Source of the DNA: a bacterium
GTDB taxonomy: Bacteria; Hydrothermota; UBA3073; JACQXS01; JAQTXJ01
NCBI GenBank assembly: GCA_041649255.1
Contig: JBAZNK010000004.1
Location: 28,647-92,646, forward strand
DNA: 64,000 bases
Reading direction: 5' to 3'
Shown: positions 45,349-55,684 of the stretch, in pieces
Numbering within the stretch: position 1 is the first letter of the stretch
Layout of the letters: each line of letters starts with the position of its first letter
The notes under the pieces: generated by a model
The model's database searches: none
Told to the model about the DNA's origin: nothing
The model's input: the letters and a program-made list of their open reading frames with translations, nothing else
Made by a program: the position numbers and the translations under genes

Positions 45349-45759
45349 ATGAATAGTATTTTTAACGATATGGGTTTTGGCGCTACAAAAAAAGGGTTGG
45401 ATGTTAGCGCTTTGAGAAACAAGGTAATTGCCCAGAATATTTCAAATGTCTCAACGCCGGGATATTCTTCGTCAAAAGTAAAGTTTGAAGAGCTTCTTGA
45501 CGAAAAACTCGGGTTCAAATTATCCGGGACACGCACAAATCAAAGTCATCTACCCGTTGGCAGGGCAAATAACGAAATTAACAACGTAAATCCCTTAGTT
45601 GAAACATCAACTGATCCGATTCCGGCTGGGAAAGTCAACAACATAGAGATAGACAAAGAAATAGTTTCGCTTGCAAAAAATTCTTTAGATTGGGATACGT
45701 ATGTTAATTTGATTTCTTTCAAATATAGGCTTTTAACGCTAAGTATAAGAAGACAATAA
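45349..45759 (+). CDS. flgB: Flagellar basal-body rod protein FlgB
   Basis: 136 aa; N-terminal rod motif (LDVSALRNKVIAQNISNVSTPGY). Confidence 0.85.
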   Translation: MNSIFNDMGFGATKKGLDVSALRNKVIAQNISNVSTPGYSSSKVKFEELLDEKLGFKLSGTRTNQSHLPVGRANNEINNVNPLVETSTDPIPAGKVNNIEIDKEIVSLAKNSLDWDTYVNLISFKYRLLTLSIRRQ

Positions 45760-45783
45760 CAAAAATAAAACGGAGGTTATTAT

Positions 45784-46287
45784 ATGGGATGGTTTCCGGG
45801 AATTGACATAAGCGCGTCCGGGCTTTATGCGCAGCGTGTCAAACTAAATCAAGTAGCAAACAATATTGCAAATATAAATACGACCCGTAGTTTTTCGGGT
45901 GGACCTTATCGCAGACACGAGGTTTTATTGAAATCGGAAGATAATTTTTCGCAGCATCTTAGTGGACTGGAAGCTACACAAACGCCTCTTTCTTTGACAC
46001 ATCCTCGTCATATGCCATCGCTTGACGCTATGGGATCAGAATCCACACGGCAAAGACAAGGCGTAGCAGTAGATGAAGTAACTGAAGATACCGTAACTCC
46101 CTTTAAGACGGTATATAATCCTTCTCATCCGGATGCAGATAAGGATGGTTACGTAAAATTACCGAATGTAGACATTACTAAAGAACTTACGGATATGGTA
46201 ATAGCCAAAAGGGCTTACGAAGCAAATGTTGCATCAATTAATGCGAGTAAATCAATGGCAAGAACAGCACTTGACATAGGGAGATAA
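45784..46287 (+). CDS. flgC: Flagellar basal-body rod protein FlgC
   Basis: 167 aa; SASGLYAQRVKLNQVANNIANINTTRS N-terminus and conserved C-terminus (IAKRAYEANVASINASKSMARTALDI). Confidence 0.85.
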   Translation: MGWFPGIDISASGLYAQRVKLNQVANNIANINTTRSFSGGPYRRHEVLLKSEDNFSQHLSGLEATQTPLSLTHPRHMPSLDAMGSESTRQRQGVAVDEVTEDTVTPFKTVYNPSHPDADKDGYVKLPNVDITKELTDMVIAKRAYEANVASINASKSMARTALDIGR

Positions 46288-46394
46288 AAAGAAATGCAAA
46301 TTTTAGATTCTAGACTTTGCCTGCCTGCCGGTAGGCAGGGATTTGGGATAAGTACGATCTCGGCATCCACCTTAGGTGGAGATAGGAGGGTTAA

Positions 46395-46681
46395 TGGATA
46401 AAATTAGTAGAATTCAATTCGAAGCTCTTGCAAAATTAGAAGCGGCAAAATCAGACAAATCCGTTGATTTTAAATCCGTTTTAGAGAATTTTGTTAAAGA
46501 GGTTAATGACTTACAAAAGGAAGCAGACAATTCCATAGAGAAATTTACTTCAGGAAAAGAGGTAGACATTCATAAGGTAATGATAGCGACTCAAGAGGCA
46601 CAAATAAGCTTCCAACTTATGCTTGAACTTCGTAATAGATTGCAGACGGCTTACGAAGAAGTAATGCGCACGCAGATATAA
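46395..46681 (+). CDS. fliE: Flagellar hook-basal body protein FliE
   Basis: 95 aa from the ATG preceded by AGGAGGG (the track ORF starts upstream at 46376); C-terminus NRLQTAYEEVMRTQI typical of FliE. Confidence 0.75.
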
Positions 46682-46747
46682 TATTTAAAGTATACTAATA
46701 TGAACAATATAATATAATGAGGGAGATATTTTATTTAAAATAATCCT

Positions 46748-48226
46748 ATGAAATTCTGGAGCAAGCTTGGAATATTACAGAAAATTCTTTTTATTGGGAT
46801 AATCATAACAGCGATAGCGTCTTTTATGATTGTTCCAACTATGAAGAGCAAAAATGAAAAATTTGTCACTCTTTATTCTGAACTCAGTTTAAAAGAAGCA
46901 GGCGAGATAACAAAAAACCTTAAAGAGCTTAGCATTCCTTACAAAATAACGGATGGTGGCACAAAAATTCTTGTTCCTGAACTTCAAGTTTATGAGTCCA
47001 GACTAAATTTAGCATCTAAAGGAATTCCCAAGGGTGGAACGGTCGGCTATGAAATATTTGACAAAAACAATCTTGGGACAACGGCATTTGTAGAAGAAAT
47101 AAATTATAAACGTGCACTTGAGGGAGAACTTGTGCGAACTATTCAGAGCATAGAAGAAGTCAGCAGTGTAAGGGTTCACCTTGTTACACCAAAGGAACGA
47201 TTATTTAAAGAAGACCAAAAATCACCGAGTGCATCAGTAGTATTAAGATTAAAAAGTCCTCTTGCCGAGTCACAAATAAAGGGCATTGCTCATCTTATTG
47301 CCTCATCCGTAGAAGGTTTAGAGGCACAAAATGTAACTATACTTGATTATTCCGGAGAACTTTTACACGGTGGGGTTGGCGGGGAAGCGGACAACATTGC
47401 CATTTTATCAGGCAATCAATTAGAAACAAAACGCGATGTAGAGCGTTATCTTGCGCAAAAAGCTCAAGCCTTACTTGAAAAAGCAGTAGGTTATAGCAAT
47501 GTAATCGTAAAAGTAAATGCAGACATTAATTTTACCAATATAGTCGAGACTAACGAAAAATATGACCCGGAAGGACAGGTAGTAAGAAGTGAGGAAAAAC
47601 GTTCCGGCGGACAAAGTGGTGAAAAAAGTTCTGTAACTAATTATGAGATAACAAAAAGTGTTCAGCAGGTAATCAATCGTGCCGGCACCATAAACAGGCT
47701 TTCTGTTTCGGCTTTAATAAATGGGACATACGATCTTATAGAAGAAAACGGGAAGAAATCTTATAAATATACTCCTCGTAGTGAAACCGATTTAATGAAG
47801 TTTCAATCGCTTGTAAAAAATGCAGTAGGATATACATTAACAAGGGGAGATTCTATAGAAGTCACTTCCGTTCCTTTCGGAGCGCCTGTTATTGACACAC
47901 AGAAACCGGAAAAAGAAGGGATACCTATTTTAGTTATAATACAACCACTTATAACACCTATAGTGACCGGAATAGTAATTATTATAGTTCTTATGTTTTT
48001 AATACGGTTATTAGGTTCTATGCCTTCCGCTGCCGGTCGCCCTGTCAATCGTTCTGCCGCTCCCGGACAAACTGCTGCAAACGCTCAGACATCTCCAGAT
48101 AGAGCAACAGAAAGTACAAAGGGAGAAGAAAAAACAGATTTCAATAAACTAAAAGAAGACTTTTCAAAGACCGTAGCTGAGAACCCAAATATGCTTGCGG
48201 GAGTAATAAAAAGATTACTGAAATAA
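46748..48226 (+). CDS. fliF: Flagellar M-ring protein FliF
   Basis: 492 aa; N-terminal TM, conserved periplasmic region (ELQVYESRLNLASKGIP), second TM and cytoplasmic tail. Confidence 0.85.
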   Translation: MKFWSKLGILQKILFIGIIITAIASFMIVPTMKSKNEKFVTLYSELSLKEAGEITKNLKELSIPYKITDGGTKILVPELQVYESRLNLASKGIPKGGTVGYEIFDKNNLGTTAFVEEINYKRALEGELVRTIQSIEEVSSVRVHLVTPKERLFKEDQKSPSASVVLRLKSPLAESQIKGIAHLIASSVEGLEAQNVTILDYSGELLHGGVGGEADNIAILSGNQLETKRDVERYLAQKAQALLEKAVGYSNVIVKVNADINFTNIVETNEKYDPEGQVVRSEEKRSGGQSGEKSSVTNYEITKSVQQVINRAGTINRLSVSALINGTYDLIEENGKKSYKYTPRSETDLMKFQSLVKNAVGYTLTRGDSIEVTSVPFGAPVIDTQKPEKEGIPILVIIQPLITPIVTGIVIIIVLMFLIRLLGSMPSAAGRPVNRSAAPGQTAANAQTSPDRATESTKGEEKTDFNKLKEDFSKTVAENPNMLAGVIKRLLK

Positions 48227-48281
48227 AAACAAGATAACGAGTTCTAATGGCTATCGCCAAAGAACTTGTAATAAATAATAC

Positions 48282-49265
48282 ATGGCAGAAGAACTATCAG
48301 GACCACAAAAAGCAGCAGTTATTATCGCATGGCTTGATGATACTCTTGCAGTTGAAGTTTTAAAACAATTATCTCCTGAAGAAATAAAATCAGTAGCAAA
48401 AGAAATAGCCCAACTTGGAAATATTCCACCAAGGGCAGTAAAAAATGTATTATCTGAATTTAATGAATTAATGACAGAACAACCTATTGTAGGCAACCAG
48501 ACAAGGGCAACTGCACTTCTAAATCAGGTAATGGGAAATTTGGAATATTCAGAAATAGTAGGGGATTATGGCGGAGAAAGCGACAAAAAGGCATTGGAAA
48601 TTCTCCAGAATGCAGATCCTTTTGCTCTTCTTGATGCAATAAAAAATGACCAGCCACAAACTATAGCAATAACGTTAAGGACCATTCCCCCGGCAAAAGC
48701 ATCAATGATTTTAAGAGACTTGCCTCCCGAAACAATGGAGGAAGTCATAAAAAAAATGACCAAACTTGATAACGTTTCTTCGGAAACAGTTAATATAATA
48801 GCACAAAGTTTAAGGATGAAACTACGATTAGCGACATCCAAAGAAGAGATTCGTCGTTCAAGCGGAATTGGTATTGCATCTACAATTGTATCTTATATTG
48901 GTGGAGCAGATGCTCAAAATATATTAAAGTCTATAGGGGAAAAAGATTCGGATACGGCAAACAGGATGAAAGATTTAATATTCACATTTGATGATATAGC
49001 AGATATGGAAGACAAAGCGCTCCAGCAGATTATTCGTGAGATAGACAGGCATACTCTTGTTGTAGCATTAAAAGGTGCCAATGAGAAGATAAAAAATAAG
49101 ATTTTATCCAACGTATCAGAAAGGGCAAAAGAAGAGTTGATGGAAGAATTTGAAACGCTTGGTGCTTTGAGATTAGCGGAAATAGAAGAATCTCAAAGAA
49201 AAGTTGTAGAAATAATACGAAGGCTTGATGAAGAAGGCAAGGTTACGTTACAAAAGAAACAATAA
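48282..49265 (+). CDS. fliG: Flagellar motor switch protein FliG
   Basis: 327 aa; FliG N-terminal, middle and C-terminal domains (LSGPQKAAVII...; MEDKALQQIIREID). Confidence 0.85.
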   Translation: MAEELSGPQKAAVIIAWLDDTLAVEVLKQLSPEEIKSVAKEIAQLGNIPPRAVKNVLSEFNELMTEQPIVGNQTRATALLNQVMGNLEYSEIVGDYGGESDKKALEILQNADPFALLDAIKNDQPQTIAITLRTIPPAKASMILRDLPPETMEEVIKKMTKLDNVSSETVNIIAQSLRMKLRLATSKEEIRRSSGIGIASTIVSYIGGADAQNILKSIGEKDSDTANRMKDLIFTFDDIADMEDKALQQIIREIDRHTLVVALKGANEKIKNKILSNVSERAKEELMEEFETLGALRLAEIEESQRKVVEIIRRLDEEGKVTLQKKQ

Positions 49266-49271
49266 TAATTT

Positions 49272-49847
49272 ATGGAATATACAATAAAGACGAGCATGCC
49301 ATTAAAAGATATATCTTTTCGGCAGGCTACGCAAAATACATGCGAACATCTAGATTTCTGGAATAAAGTTTACGGGGAAGGGTTTAAAGATGGTAGCCTA
49401 AAAGGCACAGAAAAAGGGCTAACAATGGCAAAGAACGAGTTGCAAAATACTAAAGAGAAGTTAGAATTTTTAGTTCATTCTTTTTTAGAGGAAAAAGAGA
49501 AACTTTTAAAATCATCGGAAACAACCATATTTCAATTAGTAAAAGAGATAGCCAAAAAAGTTATAGAGATTGAGATAAACGAAAACCCTAAAGTAATTGT
49601 TGATACTGTAGGCGAAGCAATAAAGCGGATAAGAGAAGAAGAAAGGGTTATAATTAAAGTTAATCCCGTAGATTTTGACATTATAAAATCAAAAGAAAGC
49701 GAATGGGTAGCTTCTCTTCCTTATGTTTCAAAGTTTCAAATAACAGCCGACGAAAATATATCCCGGGGAGGTTGTTTAATAGAAACCAGTGTTGGGAAAA
49801 TAGATGCCACTATTGAGTCCAAGTTTAAGAAATTAGAAGAGCTCTAA
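49272..49847 (+). CDS. fliH: Flagellar assembly protein FliH
   Basis: 191 aa; position between fliG and fliI; FliH/YscL-like C-terminal region. Confidence 0.7.
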   Translation: MEYTIKTSMPLKDISFRQATQNTCEHLDFWNKVYGEGFKDGSLKGTEKGLTMAKNELQNTKEKLEFLVHSFLEEKEKLLKSSETTIFQLVKEIAKKVIEIEINENPKVIVDTVGEAIKRIREEERVIIKVNPVDFDIIKSKESEWVASLPYVSKFQITADENISRGGCLIETSVGKIDATIESKFKKLEEL

Positions 49848-49857
49848 TAAACAAACT

Positions 49858-51177
49858 ATGACAGAACTTATATTGGATAAATATTTAACAAAAATAGAGA
49901 ATACGGACTTTATATCTCATAGCGGTAAAGTTACGGGTGTAACAGGACTTATAATTGAAGCACGTGGACTTCATGCAGCAATTGGGGAAGTTTGCAATCT
50001 AATAAATAATAACAATCCCCACGAAAGCATAAAAACTGAAGTAGTTGGTTTCAAGGGCGACAATACACTTCTTATGCCACTTGGTTCAATGGATGGTATT
50101 TCTCCCGACACTGAAGTTATTACAACAGGCAAGCCATTGGAAATACCTGTCAGCAATGCTCTTCTTGGAAGGGTATTAGACGGGCTTGGGAATCCAATAG
50201 ACGACAAGGGACCTCTTTTAAGTTCCGAAAACAGGTGTGTATATAATGTAGCGCCTCATCCTTTAAAACGTTCAAGAGTAAAAGAGGTTTTACCTACCGG
50301 GATAAAGGCAATAGATGGTTTTTTAACTTGCGGAAAAGGCCAAAGGATAGGAATATTTTCCGGAAGCGGCATAGGGAAGAGTACATTAATGGGTATGATT
50401 GCGAGGTATTGCAAAGCCGATATAAACGTAATTGGACTGACAGGGGAAAGGGGAAGGGAAGTTAAAGACTTCATCGAAAAAGATTTAAAAGAAGGTATTA
50501 GCAAATCGGTCGTAGTGGTTTCCACTTCCGAACAACCTGCTCTTATAAGGTTAAAAGGAGCATTTACGGCTACTACGATAGCAGAATATTTCAGAGATAA
50601 GGGTTATAACGTATTATTATTATTGGATTCCATAACTCGTATAGCAATAGCACAAAGAGAGGTAGGGTTATCCATTGGGGAACCGCCAACAACAAAAGGA
50701 TTTACTCCTTCGGTTTTTGCGCTTTTACCAAAACTTCTTGAGCGTTCGGGAATGTCTGATACCGGTAGTATTACAGGTTTTTACACCGTTCTTGTCGAAC
50801 AGGGAGATATGGATGAGCCAATATCGGATGCCGTAAGAGCAATTCTTGATGGACACATCGTTCTTTCAAGAAAACTTGCCCATGCAAATCATTATCCTGC
50901 GATAGACATTCTTTCGAGTATTTCAAGACTAATGATAGACATTGTCCCCAAAGAACACAATAATGCAGCAAGGTTAACGAGAGACATTCTTGCATTACAT
51001 AGAGAAACAGAAGACCTTATAAATATTGGGGCATATGTCAGACATTCCAACCCCAAAATAGACCACGCAATAGATATGATTGATAAAATTAACGATTTTG
51101 CAGAACAAGAAATCGATTTAAAAGCAGAGTATAAGCAAACCATTCAACAATTAATTGAGCTTAGCAAGTCCGCCTGA
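49858..51177 (+). CDS. fliI: Flagellum-specific ATPase FliI
   Basis: 439 aa; Walker A GSGIGKST, Walker B LLLLDSITR, T3SS ATPase signature. Confidence 0.9.
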   Translation: MTELILDKYLTKIENTDFISHSGKVTGVTGLIIEARGLHAAIGEVCNLINNNNPHESIKTEVVGFKGDNTLLMPLGSMDGISPDTEVITTGKPLEIPVSNALLGRVLDGLGNPIDDKGPLLSSENRCVYNVAPHPLKRSRVKEVLPTGIKAIDGFLTCGKGQRIGIFSGSGIGKSTLMGMIARYCKADINVIGLTGERGREVKDFIEKDLKEGISKSVVVVSTSEQPALIRLKGAFTATTIAEYFRDKGYNVLLLLDSITRIAIAQREVGLSIGEPPTTKGFTPSVFALLPKLLERSGMSDTGSITGFYTVLVEQGDMDEPISDAVRAILDGHIVLSRKLAHANHYPAIDILSSISRLMIDIVPKEHNNAARLTRDILALHRETEDLINIGAYVRHSNPKIDHAIDMIDKINDFAEQEIDLKAEYKQTIQQLIELSKSA

Positions 51178-51194
51178 GGCGGAGTTGATAAAAA

Positions 51195-51641
51195 ATGAAA
51201 AGATTTGAATTTAGGCTTGATAAAGTTATGAATTATAAAAAAAATATAGAAGAGATGAAGAAACAAGAACTTGCACAAGCTATGAGATTGCTTCTTGAAG
51301 CTCAAATAAAAGCTTCCCAGTTGAAAAAATATAAATCCTGCCAGCTTAAAGAGATGACTGAGATCCAGGAAGATGATATATATACAAGATTATTGTATGA
51401 TAAGTATATATTAGCTTTAAATTTTCACATAAAAATGGCTGAAAAATTAATAGCAGAAAGAATCCTTTTAAGCGAACAAAAAAGACTTGAAGTTGTTGAG
51501 GCATCTAAAGCCCGACGTATCTTTGAAAAATTAAAGGAGAAAAAAATAGAAGAATTTAATTACGAGCGAAATAAATGGGAACAAGGCGTTGAAGATGAAT
51601 GTGCTAAATACGTTCATAATAATCAGAGTACGATAAGATAA
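51195..51641 (+). CDS. fliJ: Flagellar export protein FliJ
   Basis: 148 aa coiled-coil protein directly after fliI. Confidence 0.65.
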   Translation: MKRFEFRLDKVMNYKKNIEEMKKQELAQAMRLLLEAQIKASQLKKYKSCQLKEMTEIQEDDIYTRLLYDKYILALNFHIKMAEKLIAERILLSEQKRLEVVEASKARRIFEKLKEKKIEEFNYERNKWEQGVEDECAKYVHNNQSTIR

Positions 51642-51673
51642 TCCGCCAAGGCGGGACTAAAAAAAATATAATT

Positions 51674-52465
51674 ATGGCTGACGAAGAACAAAAACAAGAG
51701 TTAACTAACTCTGAATCCACTGCTCCGGATAACAAGGCAGGGAAAAAAACAAAGCCTAAAAAAGGTGGGTTTTCGATTAAATTCCCTAAAAAAGCTTCGG
51801 GCGGTAAAAAAAATAAATCCAGAGACGAAAGAGATGATAGAGACAAGGAAAAGAAAACAGATGGGAAAGATGCTCCAAAAGAAGGGACCGGGAAAAAGCC
51901 CCCCAAAAAAATGTTATTATTAATAATTATAGGTGCCGCTGTTATTATTATTGCAGCAGCAGGATTTTTTGTCTTAAAACCGAAGCTCGCATCAAAAAAA
52001 AACATAGCAGAACAAGCAGATTCTTCAAAAGTTGCTTTGGCAGATACATTCAAAACCGATTCTTTACTTACAGATACATCTTCTTACAGTCTTTCTAATG
52101 CCGACACCAACAAATTAAATGCCGACTCTATTCTTGCTCAAGATGAAACAACTCAAAATTCTAATTCTTCACAACTTGATGTCGCTATAAAACAAGCGGA
52201 AGACAAGACAATACTCGAAAAACAATTATTAGAAACAAAACGTGTAAATGACAGCATCGTCAAAGAATCCGAACGTAAACTTACCAAGACTCTGGAATCT
52301 ATGGAACCTGAGGGCATGAGCGCCATTATGGATAGTCTTGATGATAATACCGTTATTGATTTATTATCAAAAATGAAACCTAAGAATGTTTCCGAGATAT
52401 TAAGCGTTATGAATCCGGGCAGGGCGGCTAAACTTATAAGAGACATTAACTCTAGAAACAAATGA
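51674..52465 (+). CDS. YlxF/MotE-family flagellar protein (Lys-rich N-terminus, one TM, C-terminal MgtE_N-like domain)
   Basis: 263 aa; C-terminus SAIMDSLDDNTVIDLLSKMKPKNVSEILSVMNPGRAAKLI resembles the MgtE N domain; same position as ylxF in the B. subtilis fla/che operon. Confidence 0.55.
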   Translation: MADEEQKQELTNSESTAPDNKAGKKTKPKKGGFSIKFPKKASGGKKNKSRDERDDRDKEKKTDGKDAPKEGTGKKPPKKMLLLIIIGAAVIIIAAAGFFVLKPKLASKKNIAEQADSSKVALADTFKTDSLLTDTSSYSLSNADTNKLNADSILAQDETTQNSNSSQLDVAIKQAEDKTILEKQLLETKRVNDSIVKESERKLTKTLESMEPEGMSAIMDSLDDNTVIDLLSKMKPKNVSEILSVMNPGRAAKLIRDINSRNK

Positions 52466-54957
52466 ATAATAATACTAATATAATTTCTAAAAACTGTCTA
52501 CCTGTTTCAAAAGGGAAGACAAAAACTGCTTTACTTAAAAATACCCAATTTAACTCTCTTAATAATCTAAAAGGGGAAAAATATCAGGACAATAGAGCAA
52601 GTTTTAATGATGAACTATTTAAGGTCTTAACTGTTCCGGGTATGTCTTCCCTTAAAGAATCTTCGATGAAAATATCTACACCCAACAATACTACTTCTAA
52701 CCGGTTGAATTCAAATTCTTCTTCCACCTCATTAAACAATACGGCAACCCGTCTTACATCCTCAACTGCCAAGGAGACAGAAACTACGAGCACCGCCAAG
52801 AATATTTCTACCAAGTTAAATACAAATTCAAATTCTTCTTCCACCTCATTAAACAATACAACAACCCGTCTTACATCCTCAACTGCCAAGGAGACAGGAA
52901 CTACGAGCACCGCCAAGAATATTTCTACCAAGTTAAATACAAATTCAAATTCTTTTTCCACCTCATTAAACAATACAGCAACCCGTCTTACGTCCTCAAC
53001 TGTCAAGGAGACAGGAACTACGAGCACCGCCAAGAAAGAGACTACGACATTGGGGATTGATAAATCGCCAAGCATATCTATTCCGGAAGCCTTGAAGACA
53101 AATAAACCGGATTCCAGTTCTCTCCCTACCTACGTCAGGCAGGCAGGGAATAATAACCCTATCGCTACACCTATTAATCTTTCCGAAACAAACAAACAAA
53201 CAACTTCAGTATTTTTTAATAAAAATATAAAATTGACTGTCACAGCTGAACATCCTATATCATATGATAAAAACACCGCGAATCAAATTCAGTCACAGTC
53301 TAATTCTGACTTAGCAAGCAAAGTATCTGATAAGACAAACAAACAAACTGAACCAACAAGTAATAACACAATCCCGGGGCATCAAATTTCCGCTTCAAAA
53401 ATAATTACAACAAGTACTTCTATACCTACCGGATTAAAAGCAGGTTCAAATTCTTCCCCATCTTCATATTTAAATGACGCCTCTACCGCAAAAGCACCGG
53501 TTACTTCTAAAACACTTTTTCTTAAGGAATCTACGACAGTACATCAGAAAACAGACAAAAACATAACAACTAAACTTTTATCCTTAAATGACAAAGAAAC
53601 AGGGACTACGCCCACTACAAAGGTAGGGGCTACGACATTAGGAATTGATAAATCGCCGAGCATATCCATTTCGGAAGTCCTGAAGACAAATAAATCTGAT
53701 GCTATCAATACCCGCCAAGACAGGATAAGGAATTTATCATCTACGATAAATTCTTCCCGCGTTAAGTTTGATAATTTATCAAGTTCCACGCCTATTAATA
53801 TTTCCGACTTAAACAAGCAAATATCTACAGTATTTTCCAATAAAAATACTGCAAGTCAAATTCAGCCAGAATCTCGTTCTGACTTAGCAAATAAGGTATC
53901 TGACAAACCAAAAGAGAAAACAAAACCAATAAACAGTAAAGCAATTTCGGGTTCTGTTACAAGCGAACTTTCCGTTCAACCGCGTTCAGAGGAAATACCT
54001 GTCATTCGCCTCAAGCAAACCAACAGTACGGTATCTTCTTCGTCCATTTTTCCACCAAAGGCGGATGAGTCCATTCTTCCAACAATACTCCAAACAAAAG
54101 TCGAACAAGTAGCTCAAGGGAGGCTCAATATAAGACACTCTGCTCCGATAGAGAGAACTGATACCGGAACGGATAAAAAAATTAATACTGACAATAACTT
54201 ATCTAAAAATATATTTATTAAAGAGCAGGTTATTCCATTATCTACGCCAAGACAAGATGTTTCATATTCAAAAACCTATTCAAATATGTTCAATACGAAT
54301 GACAGGAATACGGATAACCTTAGCGTTCAAAAGCAATCACAGAAAACCGTTTCCAATGTATCTTTTAATACTGCCGGGTCAGAACCATTATCACCTAACA
54401 ACGACGTAATTAATATTCTCCAGTCAAAGGAAAACGCATCTAAGACTGACATTACGCCTAAAAACACTTCTTTTACAGGGTCTTCTACCACTCAAACAAT
54501 CTTTCAATCTAGTTTTCCCTTCATTTCAAATCATATTAAAACCTCTTTAACGACAACTAAAACAGGAGATTTGATAACAACTACTTTCAATCTCAAACCG
54601 GAGCATTTAGGCAAATTAAAAATAAGTTTAATTTCGCATAATAATTTTACTCAAGACAAAACTTCTATATCAGAGCTCAAACTTGTCGTTGATAACATTG
54701 CGACCAAACAATTATTAGAATCTAATATTTCACAACTTAAATCTGCTCTTCTTTCAGAAGGGGTTATGATTCAAGAATTTAATATTTCTCTTAATCAAGA
54801 TGCGTCTGATAATGCACATCAATCTTTGCCAGGGTACAATCATTCAAAATTATCTACACTATCTTCCATCAAAGACGAGTCTAATTTTGATAGGAATGTA
54901 ATTCCATCGGGTATTAACTTAGCTTATGAAAAAGGAAAAATTGATTTATTTATTTAA
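52462..54957 (+). CDS. fliK: Flagellar hook-length control protein FliK (unusually long, 831 aa, repeat-rich N-terminal ruler region)
   Basis: C-terminal Flg_hook domain (TTFNLKPEHLGKLKISLI...LKLVVDNIATKQLLESNISQLKSALLSEGVMIQEFNIS); Ser/Thr/Asn-rich N-terminal region with tandem repeats. Confidence 0.7.
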   Translation: MNNNTNIISKNCLPVSKGKTKTALLKNTQFNSLNNLKGEKYQDNRASFNDELFKVLTVPGMSSLKESSMKISTPNNTTSNRLNSNSSSTSLNNTATRLTSSTAKETETTSTAKNISTKLNTNSNSSSTSLNNTTTRLTSSTAKETGTTSTAKNISTKLNTNSNSFSTSLNNTATRLTSSTVKETGTTSTAKKETTTLGIDKSPSISIPEALKTNKPDSSSLPTYVRQAGNNNPIATPINLSETNKQTTSVFFNKNIKLTVTAEHPISYDKNTANQIQSQSNSDLASKVSDKTNKQTEPTSNNTIPGHQISASKIITTSTSIPTGLKAGSNSSPSSYLNDASTAKAPVTSKTLFLKESTTVHQKTDKNITTKLLSLNDKETGTTPTTKVGATTLGIDKSPSISISEVLKTNKSDAINTRQDRIRNLSSTINSSRVKFDNLSSSTPINISDLNKQISTVFSNKNTASQIQPESRSDLANKVSDKPKEKTKPINSKAISGSVTSELSVQPRSEEIPVIRLKQTNSTVSSSSIFPPKADESILPTILQTKVEQVAQGRLNIRHSAPIERTDTGTDKKINTDNNLSKNIFIKEQVIPLSTPRQDVSYSKTYSNMFNTNDRNTDNLSVQKQSQKTVSNVSFNTAGSEPLSPNNDVINILQSKENASKTDITPKNTSFTGSSTTQTIFQSSFPFISNHIKTSLTTTKTGDLITTTFNLKPEHLGKLKISLISHNNFTQDKTSISELKLVVDNIATKQLLESNISQLKSALLSEGVMIQEFNISLNQDASDNAHQSLPGYNHSKLSTLSSIKDESNFDRNVIPSGINLAYEKGKIDLFI
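52711..53040 (+). repeat. 2.8 tandem copies of a 117-bp (39-codon) in-frame repeat inside fliK
   Basis: The marker TCAAATTCTT recurs at 52711, 52828 and 52945; unit encodes NSNSSSTSLNNTATRLTSSTAKETETTSTAKNISTKLNT; a diverged larger-scale copy lies at ~53590-53900. Confidence 0.8.
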
Positions 54958-55009
54958 GTCCGGGTTCCGGGCTCCCGAACATTTTCGGGGAAATGAAGGA
55001 GGTGATTAA

Positions 55010-55669
55010 ATGATAACGAATATACAGAGCCTTAATTACACAACTACTAGCGCTACAGCATCTACTGCTTCTACTGACATTACAGGTAAAGATGAATTTT
55101 TAAAACTTCTTACAACTCAACTCAAATACCAGGATCCTACTGCTCCTATGGATAACAAAGATTTTCTTGCACAGCTTGCACAGTTTTCGAGTTTAGAGCA
55201 ACTTCTTAACGTCAACGGAAATCTTCAGGCAAATTTTCTTGCTCTCCAATCTCTAAACAATTCTTCCGCGACTGATTTTATCGGAAAAACCGTTAAGGCC
55301 ACAGGTAATTCTGTTTCTCTTGTTGAAAACGCATCGGTTCCTATTAGTTATTCTCTTGCCGGGGCTGCTGAAGCAACAGTAAGTATTTACGATTCCAACG
55401 GAAATTTAGTCCGCACTTTAGATTCTGAATGGCAAAGTTCGGGTGACAATCAAATGTTATGGGATGGAAAAGATTCTTCGGGCAATGCTTTGGCGCCGGG
55501 GAAATATACTTTTTCGGTTTCAGCAAAGGATACTGATGATAATTCCGTAACAGCTACAGGATACCTCAGCGGTAAAATAACGGGAGTAAAGTTCGTCAAC
55601 GGTAATCCTGTACTTATGATGGGTGACACAGAAATATCTTTTAGTGATATTTACGAGATAAATGGTTAA
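55010..55669 (+). CDS. flgD: Flagellar hook capping (scaffolding) protein FlgD
   Basis: 219 aa; DEFLKLLTTQLKYQDPTAPMDNKDFLAQLAQFSSLEQL signature; AGGAGG RBS. Confidence 0.85.
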   Translation: MITNIQSLNYTTTSATASTASTDITGKDEFLKLLTTQLKYQDPTAPMDNKDFLAQLAQFSSLEQLLNVNGNLQANFLALQSLNNSSATDFIGKTVKATGNSVSLVENASVPISYSLAGAAEATVSIYDSNGNLVRTLDSEWQSSGDNQMLWDGKDSSGNALAPGKYTFSVSAKDTDDNSVTATGYLSGKITGVKFVNGNPVLMMGDTEISFSDIYEING

Positions 55670-55684
55670 TAAGGAGGTGATGAA

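Noticed and set aside
52711-53040. Possible CRISPR array (regular repeats)
   Set aside because: The repeats are 117 bp, in-frame and coding, with no spacers. The 43.8-44.0 kb repeats are only two copies of ~75 bp. Neither fits CRISPR geometry.
52584-53075. 163-aa minus-strand ORF with internal repeats
   Set aside because: Antisense reading of the 117-bp tandem repeats inside fliK; repeat-generated artefact.
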